64,000 nucleotides of DNA from Trueperaceae bacterium (GCA_965214405.1 OZ243956.1:1056001-1120000), one strand, 5' to 3'. Positions 30,060-40,866 are shown, counted from the stretch's first letter. The notes: generated by a model from the letters alone, not told the origin. Numbers and translations: made by a program.

Positions 30060-30671
30060 ATGCGAGTCGAGGCTAGACACGACGTCATGCTCGAGCTGAG
30101 CGAAGACGAGACGATGCGCGCGCTTATAGAGCAGTTCGGCGAGTACGGCTGGGACCTCAACACGCCCTTCGGGACGCTCGCTCGAGCCGTCGCCGGACAA
30201 GTCGTCTCGGGCAGGGCCGCGAAGAGAGCCTACGGGCGGCTCAAAGAAGCCACGCGGCTCGAGCCCCTAAAAGTTGCCGAGATGACCGTAGAGGACCTTA
30301 TGGCTTTCGGCCTCAACGACCGGCGGGCGGCTTACTTACGCAACGCCGCGGTCTTCGCCGTAGATGGCGGCTTAGAAGGCTTAGAAAACAGGAGTGACAA
30401 GGAGGTTGAAGCGGCGCTCACGAGCGTCAAAGGGATTGGACCGTGGACGGCGCACATGTTCCTTATTTTCTGTTTGGGTCGCCTTGACGTATGGCCGACC
30501 GAAGATTTCGGCGTCGTAAATATCTCTAAAGAGCTGTACGAAACGCAGACCAAGGGGGAGCTTAGGGAGTTAGGAAAACGCTTCAAGCCTTACCGGAGCG
30601 TGGCCGTCTGGTACATGTGGGCGCTCGGGGTCTCGAGGCAGGCGCAGGGGAAGTCGGGTTACAAAGTATAG
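30060..30671 (+). CDS. DNA-3-methyladenine glycosylase (AlkA/HhH-GPD)
   Basis: LTSVKGIGPWTA HhH motif, DVWPTED and PYRSVAVWYMW. Confidence 0.9.
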   Translation: MRVEARHDVMLELSEDETMRALIEQFGEYGWDLNTPFGTLARAVAGQVVSGRAAKRAYGRLKEATRLEPLKVAEMTVEDLMAFGLNDRRAAYLRNAAVFAVDGGLEGLENRSDKEVEAALTSVKGIGPWTAHMFLIFCLGRLDVWPTEDFGVVNISKELYETQTKGELRELGKRFKPYRSVAVWYMWALGVSRQAQGKSGYKV

Positions 30672-30883
30672 AGGGCAACACGAAAACCTTTAGCCTTTTA
30701 CGCTCTAACGGTAGGCCTCCAGAAAATCTATGTACGGGTAGAGTATTCTAGAGTTTACTGGCTCTTGCTCAAGCTTCAGCGCAGCTCAGAGCGCGACCCG
30801 TCGGGATGATTCGCACCTTTGCGCATAGAGGAAGGACCTGGACAGGACCTCGCTGTGCTGGCTACTTCAGGGCGATGTCGGCA

Positions 30884-32488
30884 CTAGGGCAGGGGCGGCA
30901 GGCCAAGCTCTTTTAGAAATTCGTTATGAGCCTCTGTCGCAGCGTTTACTTTGTTTTCCAGATCGACTAGCTCAGCATTAACTGCTTTAAGATTAATTTT
31001 TGGCTCAGGCGTAGCGGTACTGACGTAACGCGATATATTCAGGTTGAAGTCGTTATCCTCGATTTCGTCCATAGAAACGCGCCTCGAGTAACGCGCTTCT
31101 TCTTTGCGGTACTGGTACGTATGGACGATCTTTTCGATATGCTCATTCAGTAAGTGATTTTGCCGCTTTCCTTTTTCGAAGTGTTCGCTCGCGTTGACGA
31201 AGAGCACATCATCAGGCTTTTTACACTTCTTCAACACCAAAATACAAACAGGAATGCCGGTCGAGAAAAACAGGTTGGCGGGTAGTCCGATGACGGTGTC
31301 TATATTGCCATCCTCGAGCAGCTTGGTGCGGATGCGCGCTTCGGCGCCACCACGAAATAAAACCCCGTGAGGCAAGATGATCGCCATCGCGCCCTCACCA
31401 CTCAAGAAGTGAAAGCCGTGCAGCAAAAAAGCAAAGTCAGCAGCAGACTTGGGCGCGAGACCGTAGCTCTTAAACCTGAAGTCTTCGCCCAGCCTCTCAC
31501 TCGGTTCCCAGCGGTAGCTAAAGGGCGGGTTCGCCACCACCGCGTCGAACTCTAACTTTTTAGCGGGATTCATTTCGCTGAGGATGTCCCAATCGTTGAG
31601 AAGCGAATCACCGTGGTGTATTTCAAACTCTGAATCTTTCACGCCGTGGAGCAGCATGTTCATGCGCGCGAGGTTGTAGGTCGTGATGTTTTTTTCTTGC
31701 CCGTAGAGTTTGCCGATCCCGTAGGGACCCACCTGTTTACGCACGTTGAGCAGGAGCGAGCCGGACCCGCAGGCGAAATCGAGCACCCTGTCGAGCCGCT
31801 TCTTCTTGCCGGTTGTGGGGTCTTGGCTGTCGAGCGTAACGATCTTAGAAAGAATCGTAGAGATTTGCTGCGGGGTATAAAACTCGCCCGCTTTTTTGCC
31901 CGAGCCCGCCGCAAACTCTCCTATCAGATACTCATAGGCGTCGCCCAGAATATCGCTGCTGGTGGAAAATCCTGCAATCCCCTCAGCAATCTTGGTGATG
32001 ATCTTGCTGAGCTTGGTATTACGTTCACTATAGTTTTTGCCGAGCTTGTCCGAATTCAGATTGATCTCGGAGAACAAACCCTGAAAGGTGCTCTCAAAGG
32101 ATTCGTTTTCAATGTACTTAAAGCCCTCCTGCAAGGTTTGTAACAACTCATTATTTTGGGTTCTCGCCAGCTCCGCAACGCTGCTCCACAGGTGCTGCGG
32201 TTTGATGACGTAATGCACCTTGCGGCGCATCTGCTGTTCAAACTCGCCCACGAAATCGGGATTCTCTTCGTACCACACGGCCAAAGGCGCACGTTTGTCG
32301 TTTTCCAACTCTGGATAGTCTGGGCCGAGCTCCTTTTTGGCTGACGCCTCGTAGTTGTCGGACAGGTAACGCAAGAACAAGAATGAGAGCATGTAGTCGC
32401 GGAAGTCGTCCGCGTTCATCGCGCCGCGCAGTTGGTCGGCGATGTCCCAGAGGGTTCTGCCCAACTTTTGATGGTTCTGTTCGCTCAT
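30884..32488 (-). CDS. hsdM: Type I restriction-modification methyltransferase subunit M
   Basis: GEFYTP, DFACGSGSLL, VANPPF and ILPHGVLFRG. Confidence 0.96.
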   Translation of the reverse strand: MSEQNHQKLGRTLWDIADQLRGAMNADDFRDYMLSFLFLRYLSDNYEASAKKELGPDYPELENDKRAPLAVWYEENPDFVGEFEQQMRRKVHYVIKPQHLWSSVAELARTQNNELLQTLQEGFKYIENESFESTFQGLFSEINLNSDKLGKNYSERNTKLSKIITKIAEGIAGFSTSSDILGDAYEYLIGEFAAGSGKKAGEFYTPQQISTILSKIVTLDSQDPTTGKKKRLDRVLDFACGSGSLLLNVRKQVGPYGIGKLYGQEKNITTYNLARMNMLLHGVKDSEFEIHHGDSLLNDWDILSEMNPAKKLEFDAVVANPPFSYRWEPSERLGEDFRFKSYGLAPKSAADFAFLLHGFHFLSGEGAMAIILPHGVLFRGGAEARIRTKLLEDGNIDTVIGLPANLFFSTGIPVCILVLKKCKKPDDVLFVNASEHFEKGKRQNHLLNEHIEKIVHTYQYRKEEARYSRRVSMDEIEDNDFNLNISRYVSTATPEPKINLKAVNAELVDLENKVNAATEAHNEFLKELGLPPLP

Positions 32489-33582
32489 GTTAGCTCCACT
32501 TCAGGCTCTGCTAATTCGGGCAGGTCAAAACGGTAACGCTCTAAAAAGGCATCTAAAATACGCTTGAACAGGTCTTTGGTGTCTTCCACCATCTCCATCG
32601 GTTCATAAATCGAATACTTGCCGTGACTCAAGAGGTTTAGCGCTCGAGCGTACAAAACTTCATCCTCCAAGCCGTGAATACAGGCGGAAAACTCCTTAAA
32701 GCCGAAGAAAATAGCGGTCTTTTCCAAGATACTGCGCAGCATATTGAAGTGATACGTGTAGAGCTGACCCGACTCCGCAGCTTGACACAGTTCGTTCAGC
32801 ATGGCGACGTGGTGAAAAAAGGGCGCGTCGTCCGTGGCGCGTAGCGTGTGGTGGTCAGCGCCGCTACGCTTGTGCAAGAAGTATTTCTTATGCTTCGACT
32901 TCTTGAGTTCGTTACACACCACGTTAAAAAACAGACCGTGGTGCGTTGAAATCACAGCCTTTATCCCGTTCGTATCTTTGAGCAGCTTCGCCAAGTCACT
33001 AGCGACAGCAATGGCGTTGTTATCGTCGAGCGACGAGATAGGGTCGTCTATGTAGATGTACTCAACCCATTTGTACGCCTCCGCGCCGTCTATGGCTAGC
33101 TGAGCAATGGCAAGGAAAAAGCACCAGATAAAGATGTTCTCTTCGCCCCGCGAAATCTTGATGTTGTCGGCGGTTGCGCCGTTCTCGGTGCTGGAAAAGC
33201 TGATCGCCCATTCCTCGGTGTCGATAAGGAAGTCGAAGTCCGCGTAGCGGCTCAGAAAGGGGCGGATGCGGTTGTCCATCTCCAGCTCTGCGAGCCCCGA
33301 GAAAAAGCGAGACGCCGAGTTGATTCTCAACTTTCTGTTGCTGTCCCCCGCTAAGTCGTTGTCCCAGGTGAAGAGGTCTTCGGTAAAAGCGTTAAAGTAA
33401 AGCGTATCCCGCTCTACATCACCCCTTTTCCCAGCCTCCTTAAACTCCATCGACAGCCGAGTTTTACCCGTACCGTTATGCGCGTAGAGCATGATGAAAT
33501 CCAGGCCCGTCAAGTCGCTACGTAATTTCCTTGACAAGTTCCGCACCGTTTTGTAGGTGTTGACCTTTGGCGTTCCGCTCAT
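32485..33582 (-). CDS. prrC: PrrC-family anticodon nuclease (ABC ATPase + HEPN)
   Basis: Walker A YAHNGTGKT; PrrC box LYFNAFTEDLFTWDND; signature ISRGEE; Walker B YIDDPISSLD; H-loop STHH; C-terminal FNMLRSILEK...RALNLLSH. Located inside an hsd operon. Confidence 0.88.
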   Translation of the reverse strand: MSGTPKVNTYKTVRNLSRKLRSDLTGLDFIMLYAHNGTGKTRLSMEFKEAGKRGDVERDTLYFNAFTEDLFTWDNDLAGDSNRKLRINSASRFFSGLAELEMDNRIRPFLSRYADFDFLIDTEEWAISFSSTENGATADNIKISRGEENIFIWCFFLAIAQLAIDGAEAYKWVEYIYIDDPISSLDDNNAIAVASDLAKLLKDTNGIKAVISTHHGLFFNVVCNELKKSKHKKYFLHKRSGADHHTLRATDDAPFFHHVAMLNELCQAAESGQLYTYHFNMLRSILEKTAIFFGFKEFSACIHGLEDEVLYARALNLLSHGKYSIYEPMEMVEDTKDLFKRILDAFLERYRFDLPELAEPEVELT

Positions 33583-33722
33583 CCCTACACACCCTCAGGA
33601 GAAGGGAAAAGCTGCTGCATCAAGCCTTTTTTATGGTTTTTAAGCATGTCAATTTTCTGGTTTTGTACAGCAACTAGGTCGTCAATAGAAGAAAGAAGCT
33701 TTGAGATTTTCTTCTGTTCAGG

Positions 33723-34852
33723 CTCAGTACACGACAGATTTGAAATAAAGGGCTCTCCAGTGAAGAATGGATGTTGCGAGACACCACTTCAAGGGAGAGC
33801 ATATGAAGCATACCGGGTTGCTGGCACAGTTGAAAGCGAGCGGCTTAAAGCTGCACCCGTCACGGCTTAAGTTCTTGAGCTTGTTGATGATCGCGATGGT
33901 GCAGGCAAAGACGGTGAACTTGGCGACGTTGGTAGGCATGATGGAGGGCAGAGCCCAGCCGGACTCGCTTTACAGACGGGCGCAACGGTTTTTCCAAGGC
34001 TTGCACTTGGCCGATGAGACAGTTTTCAGGTACGCGCTGAGTCTAGGTCCCAAGCGAAGCTACAGCCTGTGCCTAGACCGGACGAACTGGAAGTTTGGCA
34101 AACTCGACATCAACATCTTGACCCTGGCTTATGCGCATGAGGGCGTAGCGGTTCCCTTACTGTGGTGTCTTTTGCCCAAGGCTGGCAACTCCGCCACGCA
34201 AGAACGCATTACGCTTTTGGAGCGTTTGCTAAAACTTTTGCCCGTAGACCAGCTAGAGGTGCTGCTAGCCGATAGGGAGTTCATCGGGGGCGACTGGTTC
34301 GCTTATCTTGAGCGTAAGCACATCCCTTTCGTTATCCGCGTGCGTAAAGACGCTCTCGGTGATGGCTGGTTTCATCTGTTCGGCTTTTTCCAGCATCTAC
34401 CTGTGGGTGAGCACAAGGTACTTAAACAGCGCTACACTGTCTTTGGTGTTGAGCTTGGGGTTGCAGGCGCGCGTTTAGAGGGTGGAGAATACATCATCGT
34501 CGTCACCAACCGCAATCCTAAGCAGGCCCTCGCAAGCTACGCGAAGCGCTGGCAGATAGAATGCTTGTTCAAAGCCTTGAAAAGCAGCGGCTTTGACTTT
34601 GAAGCTACGCATCTCAAGCACCTAGAGCGCATTAACACCTTACTTGTCGTTGTGACCCTGGCTTTCTTATGGGCCTTGAAAGTCGGAGCATTTGTTCACC
34701 GTCAGCTCAAACCTGTTCGAATGAAGTCGCACGGGCGCAAGCAGAAGTCTTTATTCCGGGCAGGCTTAGACCATCTCAGGCATCTGCTCACCAACTCGGC
34801 AACCAAAAAGCCTGACCTGGACCGCTGTTTTCGGCTTTTGTCGTGTACTTAG
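33723..34852 (+). mobile_element. IS4-family element
   Basis: TIRs CTCAGTACACGACA and TGTCGTGTACTTAG. Flanks CTGTTCAGG and GAGTTCAGG. Confidence 0.9.
33803..34852 (+). CDS. IS4-family transposase
   Basis: LDRTNWKFG, LADREFIG and YAKRWQIECLFKALKS (YREK). Confidence 0.93.
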   Translation: MKHTGLLAQLKASGLKLHPSRLKFLSLLMIAMVQAKTVNLATLVGMMEGRAQPDSLYRRAQRFFQGLHLADETVFRYALSLGPKRSYSLCLDRTNWKFGKLDINILTLAYAHEGVAVPLLWCLLPKAGNSATQERITLLERLLKLLPVDQLEVLLADREFIGGDWFAYLERKHIPFVIRVRKDALGDGWFHLFGFFQHLPVGEHKVLKQRYTVFGVELGVAGARLEGGEYIIVVTNRNPKQALASYAKRWQIECLFKALKSSGFDFEATHLKHLERINTLLVVVTLAFLWALKVGAFVHRQLKPVRMKSHGRKQKSLFRAGLDHLRHLLTNSATKKPDLDRCFRLLSCT

Positions 34853-35934
34853 GAGTTCAGGTATAGAAGGAAGAGGAATTTTAATTCTACTCATCACCCC
34901 ATTCATTAGCTTTGGATTGCCAACATAAGAGACATGTTTTTTAGATACAGAGTTTATAAGTGCAGCAACAAACTCGTTGGCATACCCAGCCTTACTCAAC
35001 AACACACCGCATACATTTGTGCAATAGAATTTTCCGGCTCGATAATTGACCTCTCCTGCATTAGCGCCGTCAGTCGTCCAAGTAATGGCATTCTCATATA
35101 GATATTCAGAGTAAAATCCTGACAAACCATTGCTTTTTGTCTGTGATGAGTAGACAGGGTAAGGCATTGCCTCTGTTTTCTTATCCTGCACCAAACTCAT
35201 AGACAGAACGTTGCCTCGTGTAACCTTGAAGATATCTCCGACTTCTTGCTCTTCCCACTCCCCCGTATCCCGAAACTCGGGAAAGCGCAGTTTGGGGACG
35301 GTTTCGCCTTCGGCTGGGAAGAGGTGTTGCAGCAAGCCTTTTTTGTGGGCTTTGAGAGACTCGAGCTTCCGTCTCTGCACAGTGATAAGTTCATCAAGGG
35401 AAGAAAGGGAATTAGCGATTTTCTGTTGCTCACTAAATGATGGGACAACTAACCTAACATCCCTAAAAAATTCACGCACACTAACGTTGAGCAGTCCGTG
35501 GTTTCTGCCACCCTCTTGAGCTATCTTTGCAATTTCATTGTTAAGCATTCCAGCATCGAAGTATTGCTCAAAAAACGACTCACTGTAACCACGATTAGCT
35601 CTGAAGCAAATGTAAAGAGTTGAAACTACACCTTTTTCATAATTTTTCAGTTGTTTAATTGCCCCCATAGGATAGCCTTTGGAATAGCTTTTATTGTAGG
35701 CAAAATCTCCTTTATGCAAAAGGTAGTATCCAGTAACGTCCTTTGCAGCAATAGACTTATTGAAATAATCTAATTGACTTACCAGACCTTGCTGAGCAGA
35801 GATAGTCAACACATTCTGATTATCTTCGACATTTTTGTTAGTCAGGCGGGTAAATACTTTTTTGAAATCTTCAACCTTCCACTCTCCTTTATCCCGAAAC
35901 TCAGGAAACCTCAACTCAGGCTCGAGCTTTTCTT

Positions 35935-37126
35935 TGTAGTGCTTCTCCAAAGCGGCACCACCCTTTAAGGTGGAGAAAAGGAGAAGCGAGATGGCAAGGA
36001 TCAGACCCAAACAGTGGAGCAGCGAGGAAAAGACGGCGCTTGTGCTGACGCTCTTGCGAGGCGAGGCCAGTGCTGCGGAACTGTGCAGGCGGCATGGCAT
36101 GAGCGAGAACAGCTTGTACACCTGGCGGGAGCGGTTTTTAGCAGCAGGCCAAGAGGCTTTGACCAATGGAAAAGCGAAGAGAGGAATTGCTTCTAAAGCA
36201 GAGGAAGAGAACCGAGCCCTGAAAGAGGCACTGGCAGAGGCGGTGTTGCGGAACGAGCTGCTCAAAAAAACGCGCCTCGGATGAGTTATCAGGAGATGGA
36301 GGCACTTCGGGAGGAACTGGGCTTGGGTGTCAATGCTTTTTTGCGGCTCGGCGGTATTGCTAAGAGCAGCTACTACCGACGTAAACGCGGCGGCAAGGCA
36401 AAAACAACTCTGCAAGCGGCGGTCGAGGAAAGGGTAAAACGACTCTGCGACGAACATCCTCGGCTGGGGCACCGGCCCATCCACGCGTTGCTGGCAAAAA
36501 CGCATCCCATCAGCCCGAGCACGGTCTACCGAATCATGAAGCGGCTTGACCTGTGTCAGAAACCTCAGAAAAAGAAAAGGGTGAAAAGCAGCTCTGCTCC
36601 TCTGGAGCTGGACAACCTTGGCCTCACCGTCGGGCTCGACTTTACGCACTGGGGTCAAAAGCCTATCCTCAACGTGCTGGAGTATGAGAGCCGTTACTGC
36701 TTAGCGTCGGTAGTGAGCGAGCGCGAAACCAGCGAAGCCGCCAAAGAAGCTCTTGACCGTGCTCTACAAGAGGCGAAGGGTCTCGGATTGCCTTATAGGA
36801 ATATAGAAGTCAAGAGTGACCACGGGAGCACCTTTACGGCTGAGACCTTTCGCAGCTTCTTACACGACCACCGTTGTCAACACACGCTCTCGGCGGTGGG
36901 TCGTCCTCAAGGGATGGGACGGGTCGAGCGTTTCAACCGCTCGCTCAAAGAACAGGGGCTTCAGCCTGAAGACCTCGAACCCAGCCAAAGTTTGCAGCCC
37001 ACGCTCGACGCCTACCGCAACTACTATAATATTAAGCGTCCCCACCAAGCCCTCGGCTACAAAACCCCACTAGAACTTCTGCAGTCAAAGGGCTATAATT
37101 CAGTACCGCTAATTTGAAGCACTACA
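35935..37126 (+). mobile_element. IS3-family element
   Basis: TG...CA ends; TIR TGTAGTGCTTC...AGCGG(C/T)AC at both ends; 3-bp duplication CTT. Confidence 0.92.
35991..37117 (+). CDS. IS3 OrfA (35991-36284, HTH) and OrfB (36281-37117, DDE integrase core), -1 frameshift
   Basis: A7 tract at 36264-36270; GLDFTH, KSDHGSTF and GRVERFNRSLK. Confidence 0.9.
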
Positions 37127-37137
37127 CTTTCACCTCC

Positions 37138-40131
37138 TCACTCATACGCCGCCAACCCCGAAATCTCCCGCCCCTGCGCTTGCCTTTTCAGCAGCGGCAC
37201 CAAATCGTCCATCAACTCGAGTTCTTTGACCCTCCGGGCTTTCCAGCCTAGCTCGAGGGGGGCCAAGAGGTCCGTCAGGCGTTCCCCGTCGAAAATCATG
37301 CGGTCCATGATGCCGTCTACGAATGTTTTTAGGGCGTCGGTCTCTAAACCGTGCTTGTCGGCGACCTCGGCTAACGCGCTGGCTGCTTTTCTCTCTTTGA
37401 ACGCTTCGTAACCGTGTCTAATCTCGCGCTCGTTCAAGCCTCTGCCGACTTCTAAACTGTTGATGTAGGCGATGATGTCGCCCCGCTCATCCATGAGGTT
37501 GGCGCTCGAGCTGAGCAGGTTGATGAGCTCTTCGCGGGTCATCTTCTCTTTGCTCGGCTGGCTCTGGGTGTACTTAGCGATGAGACTCATGATGTAGTCG
37601 TAGTCGATGACTGCCGAGGAGAAGAGGACGAACTCAAAGTCTAGGTCTTGGACTGCGCTCTCCGCGTCGCCTCTGTCTTGCTGAGCTTTGAGGCGCTGGG
37701 CGGTCTCTAAATACATGCCCTTAAAGGCTCGCATCTGGTCTTCGGGTATCAGCACTTCGATTTTTTCGCTGTCTTCTTCGCTCAGGTCGGTGTACTGCTC
37801 GAGGCGCGTCCTGAGGCGCTGCACCTCTTTGAAGCGCTCGATGAACCCGGCGCGTGCGGTGTCGCCTCTAAGGTTGTTCACCTCTTCGGGTCTAAACGGT
37901 AAGCCCTGGTCGTCCATAAAGGTTTTGAGTTTGGCGACGGCGTGGCCCAACTCCTTGATGACCTCTGGCGCTGGGTCTACGAGCCAAATCTCCTTGGGCG
38001 GTTTCTCCGTATCGTTTGAGAAGAGCGTGATGGCGTCGTTGACCGCGTCTTCCTGATGCCGAAAGTCCATCACGTTGCCGTAGGGCTTGGTGTCGTTGAG
38101 TACGCGGTTCGTGCGTGAAAACGCCTGGATTAAGCCGTGGTATTTGAGACTTTTATCCACGTAGAGGGTGTTGAGGTACTTGGAGTCAAACCCCGTGAGG
38201 AGCATGTCCACCACAATCGTAATGTCGATCTTGTTTTCGCGCGGGTAGTCGGCGTTGGTGTACATCTGGTCTTTGATGCGCTGCTGCACGTCCTGATAGT
38301 AGAGGTCGAACTCGCCGACGCTGTGGTTCGTACCGTACTGCGTGTTGTAGTCGGCGATGATGGCTTTGAGCGCTTCTTTTTTCTTGTTGGGCTCTTGCTC
38401 GTTGTCAGCCCTTTCCTGCGGCAGGTCCTCTTGAATCTGCTTAACGTCTCGGTTGCCCTCCGCTGGCGGTGAGAACACGCAGGCAACGTTGAGAGGTCTG
38501 TAGCTTTCGTCTTTTGCTTCGCGCCGCTCTTGGAGTTCCTTGAATAACCTGTGGTACTCAATCGCGTCGTTGATCGAGGAGGTGGCTAAGAGAGCGTTGA
38601 AGCGGCGCGCGTGCGTGGCGGCGTCGTGTTTACTCAGGATCGCCTCGGCGACGGCTTGCCGGGCGAGGGTGTCACCAGGTTTGGGCCTGGCTTCGCCGTC
38701 GGGCTTGAAGTAGTCGATGTGGAAGCGCAGCACGTTGCCGTCTTCGATGGCGTTGGTGATGGTGTAGGCGTGTAGCCTCTGCTGAAAGATGTCTTCGGTG
38801 GTTCTGTACGTGGCTCTTGTCTCGTCGAACTGCTTGTAAGAGGCGTTTTGTTCAAAGATAGGCGTGCCGGTAAACCCGAAGAGCTGGGCCTTGGGAAAGA
38901 AGTTTTTGATGGCTTGGTGGTTGTCACCGAACTGTGAGCGGTGGCATTCGTCAAAGATAAAGACGAAGCGTTTGTCGCGTAGGGGCGCCAAGCGTTCTTT
39001 GTAGGTGGCTTTACCTCTTCGTTTGGTGTTTTTATTGTGGTTGCCATTTTCAGAGAGGGCCAAGCCTAACTTCTGGATGGTGGTGACGATGACCTTGTCG
39101 GCGTAATCGTCTGACAGCAGGCGCTTGACTAAGGCTTGCGTGTTGGTATTTTCCTCTACGCTGCCCTCTTGAAACCTGTTGAACTCCTCGCGTGTTTGCC
39201 GGTCTAAATCCTTACGGTCAACGACGAACAGGCACTTGTCAACCTCTGGATTGTCTTTGAGCAGCGTGGACGCCTTGAACGAGGTCAGAGTTTTACCGCT
39301 GCCGGTGGTGTGCCACACGTAGCCGTTGCCCCGGTTCTGGTAGATGCACTCGACGATGTCTTTGACCGCGTAGATTTGATAGGGGCGCATGACGAGTAGC
39401 TTCTGCTCGCTCACGACGAGCACCATATAGCGGCTAATCATCTCGCTCAGCGTGCATTTGGATAGAAATCTACTGGTGAAATCATCTAAAAGCGTGATTT
39501 TTTTGTTATCTCGGTCGGCAAGTTGGTAGATGGGCAAAAAGCGCTCGTCGGCGTTGAAGCTGAAGTGCTGGGCAGGGTTGTTGGCAAAGTAGAAGGTGTT
39601 GGTGTCGTTGCTGACGATGAAAAGCTGCATAAAACAGAGCAGCGAATGGGTGTAACCGTTGCCGGGGTCGTTCTTGTACGCGACGATCTGCTCCACGGCG
39701 CGGCGCGGATTCACCCCGAGCGTCTTGAGTTCAATCTGCACCACGGGCACGCCGTTGATGAGCAAAATCACGTCATAGCGGTGGTGGCTCGTGTCGGCGT
39801 TCATGCGTAGCTGACTAACGACTTCAAACTCGTTTTTGCACCAGTCCTTGATGTTGACCAGCGTGTACTGCAAAGGTGTGCCGTCTTCGCGCCCAAACGT
39901 GTTGCGTTCGCGCAACGTTTGCGAGGCGGTAAACACGTCGGCGCTGACGATTTCATCGCGCAAACGGGCGAATTCCGCGTCGGTGAGCCTGACCCTATTG
40001 AGCGCCTCAAACTTGTCGCGGAAGTTTTGCTCGAGCGTCGCTCTGTCGCGGATGTCCGGGCGGTAGGTGTACTTGAGGTCTTCGAGCTTGGAAATCAAAG
40101 TTTGTTCGATATTGTTTTCTTTGATGGACAT
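37138..40131 (-). CDS. hsdR: Type I restriction endonuclease subunit R
   Basis: YDVILLINGVPVVQIELK nuclease motif; WHTTGSGKT; FDECHRSQ; GFTGTP; QAFSRTNR. Confidence 0.96.
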   Translation of the reverse strand: MSIKENNIEQTLISKLEDLKYTYRPDIRDRATLEQNFRDKFEALNRVRLTDAEFARLRDEIVSADVFTASQTLRERNTFGREDGTPLQYTLVNIKDWCKNEFEVVSQLRMNADTSHHRYDVILLINGVPVVQIELKTLGVNPRRAVEQIVAYKNDPGNGYTHSLLCFMQLFIVSNDTNTFYFANNPAQHFSFNADERFLPIYQLADRDNKKITLLDDFTSRFLSKCTLSEMISRYMVLVVSEQKLLVMRPYQIYAVKDIVECIYQNRGNGYVWHTTGSGKTLTSFKASTLLKDNPEVDKCLFVVDRKDLDRQTREEFNRFQEGSVEENTNTQALVKRLLSDDYADKVIVTTIQKLGLALSENGNHNKNTKRRGKATYKERLAPLRDKRFVFIFDECHRSQFGDNHQAIKNFFPKAQLFGFTGTPIFEQNASYKQFDETRATYRTTEDIFQQRLHAYTITNAIEDGNVLRFHIDYFKPDGEARPKPGDTLARQAVAEAILSKHDAATHARRFNALLATSSINDAIEYHRLFKELQERREAKDESYRPLNVACVFSPPAEGNRDVKQIQEDLPQERADNEQEPNKKKEALKAIIADYNTQYGTNHSVGEFDLYYQDVQQRIKDQMYTNADYPRENKIDITIVVDMLLTGFDSKYLNTLYVDKSLKYHGLIQAFSRTNRVLNDTKPYGNVMDFRHQEDAVNDAITLFSNDTEKPPKEIWLVDPAPEVIKELGHAVAKLKTFMDDQGLPFRPEEVNNLRGDTARAGFIERFKEVQRLRTRLEQYTDLSEEDSEKIEVLIPEDQMRAFKGMYLETAQRLKAQQDRGDAESAVQDLDFEFVLFSSAVIDYDYIMSLIAKYTQSQPSKEKMTREELINLLSSSANLMDERGDIIAYINSLEVGRGLNEREIRHGYEAFKERKAASALAEVADKHGLETDALKTFVDGIMDRMIFDGERLTDLLAPLELGWKARRVKELELMDDLVPLLKRQAQGREISGLAAYE

Positions 40132-40686
40132 CAGAATTTCAGCCTAACTAGCGAGAGCCTTTTTGGAATCTTGGGTGCGCGAGCAACGCTTACACCACCT
40201 CGAATTCCGTCGCGGTGAACGTGTCAAGGCTGTCATCAAGATTACGAGGTGCTTGGCGGCTTTCTGCCGCGCACCACGACGCAGAGTCCTGGGGCCTGCG
40301 ACACCATGTCGCCCGCCGCGTCAGCGAAGTCGATCCCGGCGTCGGGCAGTGGTTCGGCGAGCGCGTCGAGTAGGCCGTAACCCGTAGAGGCCGCGCCCCC
40401 TCGAGTCGCCCCGCGCGCTGCACCTGCGCGGTAACAGCCTCGAGCGCCGCGCGTCACACCTTGTTTTGAGTGGCCTATACATCCGGTAAAGTCGCAAGGT
40501 GGTTGATAACCTCGTTGAGCAGTGCGCTCCTTTGCAAGAATCATATTGTTCCAACTCTAGCACGTGTTCTACAGTTTGGAACATGTGGATCTTTCTCGAC
40601 GAGCTCATGATGTCCGAGGTGTCTGGTGGTGGCATTACAAGCGGCAGTATGGAGGACGAGGCGGACTTACTCGGCATTACCCAATG

Positions 40687-40711
40687 AAAAAAGCCGCTGT
40701 GGAGCGGCTTT
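40687..40711 (-). terminator. Terminator downstream of the tRNA-Arg 3' fragment
   Basis: Minus strand AAAGCCGCTCCACAGCGGCTTTTTT, a few nt after the CCA. Confidence 0.75.
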
Positions 40712-40715
40712 CTAG

Positions 40716-40760
40716 TGGTGCGCCCGAGAAGATTCGAACTCCTGGCCTTCTGATCCGTAG
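40716..40760 (-). repeat. att site: 3' half of tRNA-Arg(ACG), copy 1
   Basis: Minus strand CTACGGATCAGAAGGCCAGGAGTTCGAATCTTCTCGGGCGCACCA. No tRNA 5' half adjacent. Confidence 0.9.
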
Positions 40761-40866
40761 TTCTTTTTAACTTTCGCAAAGTCTTTCGAAGTTATAGAGA
40801 AATTAGCTCCTGCACGGTTTTACTAAGAGCACCCCTATCAAAGTCGTGTGCAGTCTGCTCAAGTCT

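Larger units (their letters stand above)
33585..37133 (-). pseudogene. hsdS: Type I specificity subunit interrupted by two ISs
   Basis: Removing IS3 (35935-37126) and IS4 (33723-34852) restores GTG-KEKLEPELRFPEF...PSFSEQQKIA...KKGLLQHLFP...PSIPEQKKIS...KKGLMQQLFPSPEGV-stop. GAGG RBS lies right after the hsdR stop. Confidence 0.92.

Noticed and set aside
28523..30163. Long N-terminal extensions given by the ORF track for the M20 peptidase (also proA, HIT and the STAND regulator)
   Set aside because: The extensions overlap divergent genes or intergenic DNA. Downstream starts fit the family N-termini and RBS positions better.
34766..36658. 630-aa ORF as a genuine large HsdS fusion
   Set aside because: Its N-terminal ~240 aa are the antisense of IS3 and its tail lies in IS4. 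It is a chance open frame across the insertions.
40716..40790. Intact tRNA-Arg gene here or at 53118
   Set aside because: Both copies stop at the anticodon loop. The adjacent sequence cannot form the D arm or the acceptor 5' strand.
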